A stretch of 6,264 nt of DNA from Zygophlyctis sp. KS116 (lineage: Eukaryota > Fungi > Chytridiomycota), in contig BAAFSQ010000449.1 in the NCBI GenBank assembly GCA_054661495.1, positions 1 through 6,264 of the forward strand, in the 5' to 3' direction. Positions 5,898 through 6,264 of the stretch are shown here, in pieces. Under the pieces are notes generated by a model, which made no database searches, was not told the DNA's origin, and worked only from the letters and a program-made list of their open reading frames with translations. Every line of letters begins with the position of its first letter. Position 1 is the first letter of the stretch. A program made the translations under genes and the position numbers.

Positions 5898-6219
5898 TTA
5901 GTGGAATTCACGTTTAGGATGATCTAGTCTATTAAAATTTAAAATAATTACAATGACCTCCTTTGAAATAAGTCAAATAGTATCCAACAGGAATCATTAC
6001 TCCTACAAAATGAACAATTGGCATCAAACTATCATTAATAAAATATTTTTGATAGTATCTAGCCCAAAATCCAGTTTTATTGGCTGCAGGAGCAGGTCCC
6101 TTGGGGATAGTATTATAGAAATATTTCATTTTAGAAAAGAGTTCAGGGTGTGCAGTTGGATGAGTAGAAACCAGTTTTCCAATTTCTCTTAAAGAAGCGA
6201 CTTGAGGTGGAAGTTTCAT
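5898..6219 (-). CDS. ATP17: Mitochondrial F1Fo ATP synthase subunit f, 97 aa; complement(join(5898..5923,5952..6219))
   Basis: LPPQVAS, FYNTIPKGPAP, RYYQKYF, PIVHF and GYYLTY match the fungal subunit f pattern (IPPK, FY..LP.GPAP, RY.A.YF, P..H, GY...Y). Splicing gives the C-terminus YFKGGHYHPKREFH*. Start context AAAAAAATG. Confidence 0.88.
5924..5951 (-). other. ATP17 intron, 28 nt
   Basis: GTAATTATTTTAAATTTTAATAGACTAG. Contains the ORF-track stop; removal gives a His-rich subunit f tail. Confidence 0.85.
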
Positions 6220-6264
6220 TTTTTTCGCGTGGTTAAAATTGGCGTTTTAAAGGCTGATAATTCT

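Noticed and set aside
5953-6192. Plus-strand 79-aa ORF
   Set aside because: Antisense shadow of ATP17.

Overview
AT-rich, very compact eukaryotic nuclear DNA. The proteins look fungal, probably an early-diverging or chytrid-like lineage (inferred from recalled homologs, not from a search). Five protein genes fill about 93% of the window: (1) the 5' end of an N-terminally membrane-anchored protein running off the left edge (-); (2) a bacterial-type phenylacetate-CoA ligase (PaaK/CapK-like) adenylate-forming enzyme with one intron (-), a candidate horizontal transfer; (3) intronless tRNA-splicing endonuclease subunit SEN2 (+); (4) coatomer gamma subunit SEC21/COPG with 11 introns (-); (5) mitochondrial ATP synthase subunit f, ATP17, with one intron (-). 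The ORF track is fragmented by ultra-short spliceosomal introns. All 13 reconstructed introns are 24-31 nt and GTA...AG, and 10 of them have a minimal TNAY branch motif 8-9 nt from the 3' end. Spacers are tiny: 29 nt between divergent start codons and 15 nt between convergent stop codons. The genetic code appears standard. No RNA genes, CRISPR arrays or mobile elements were seen.
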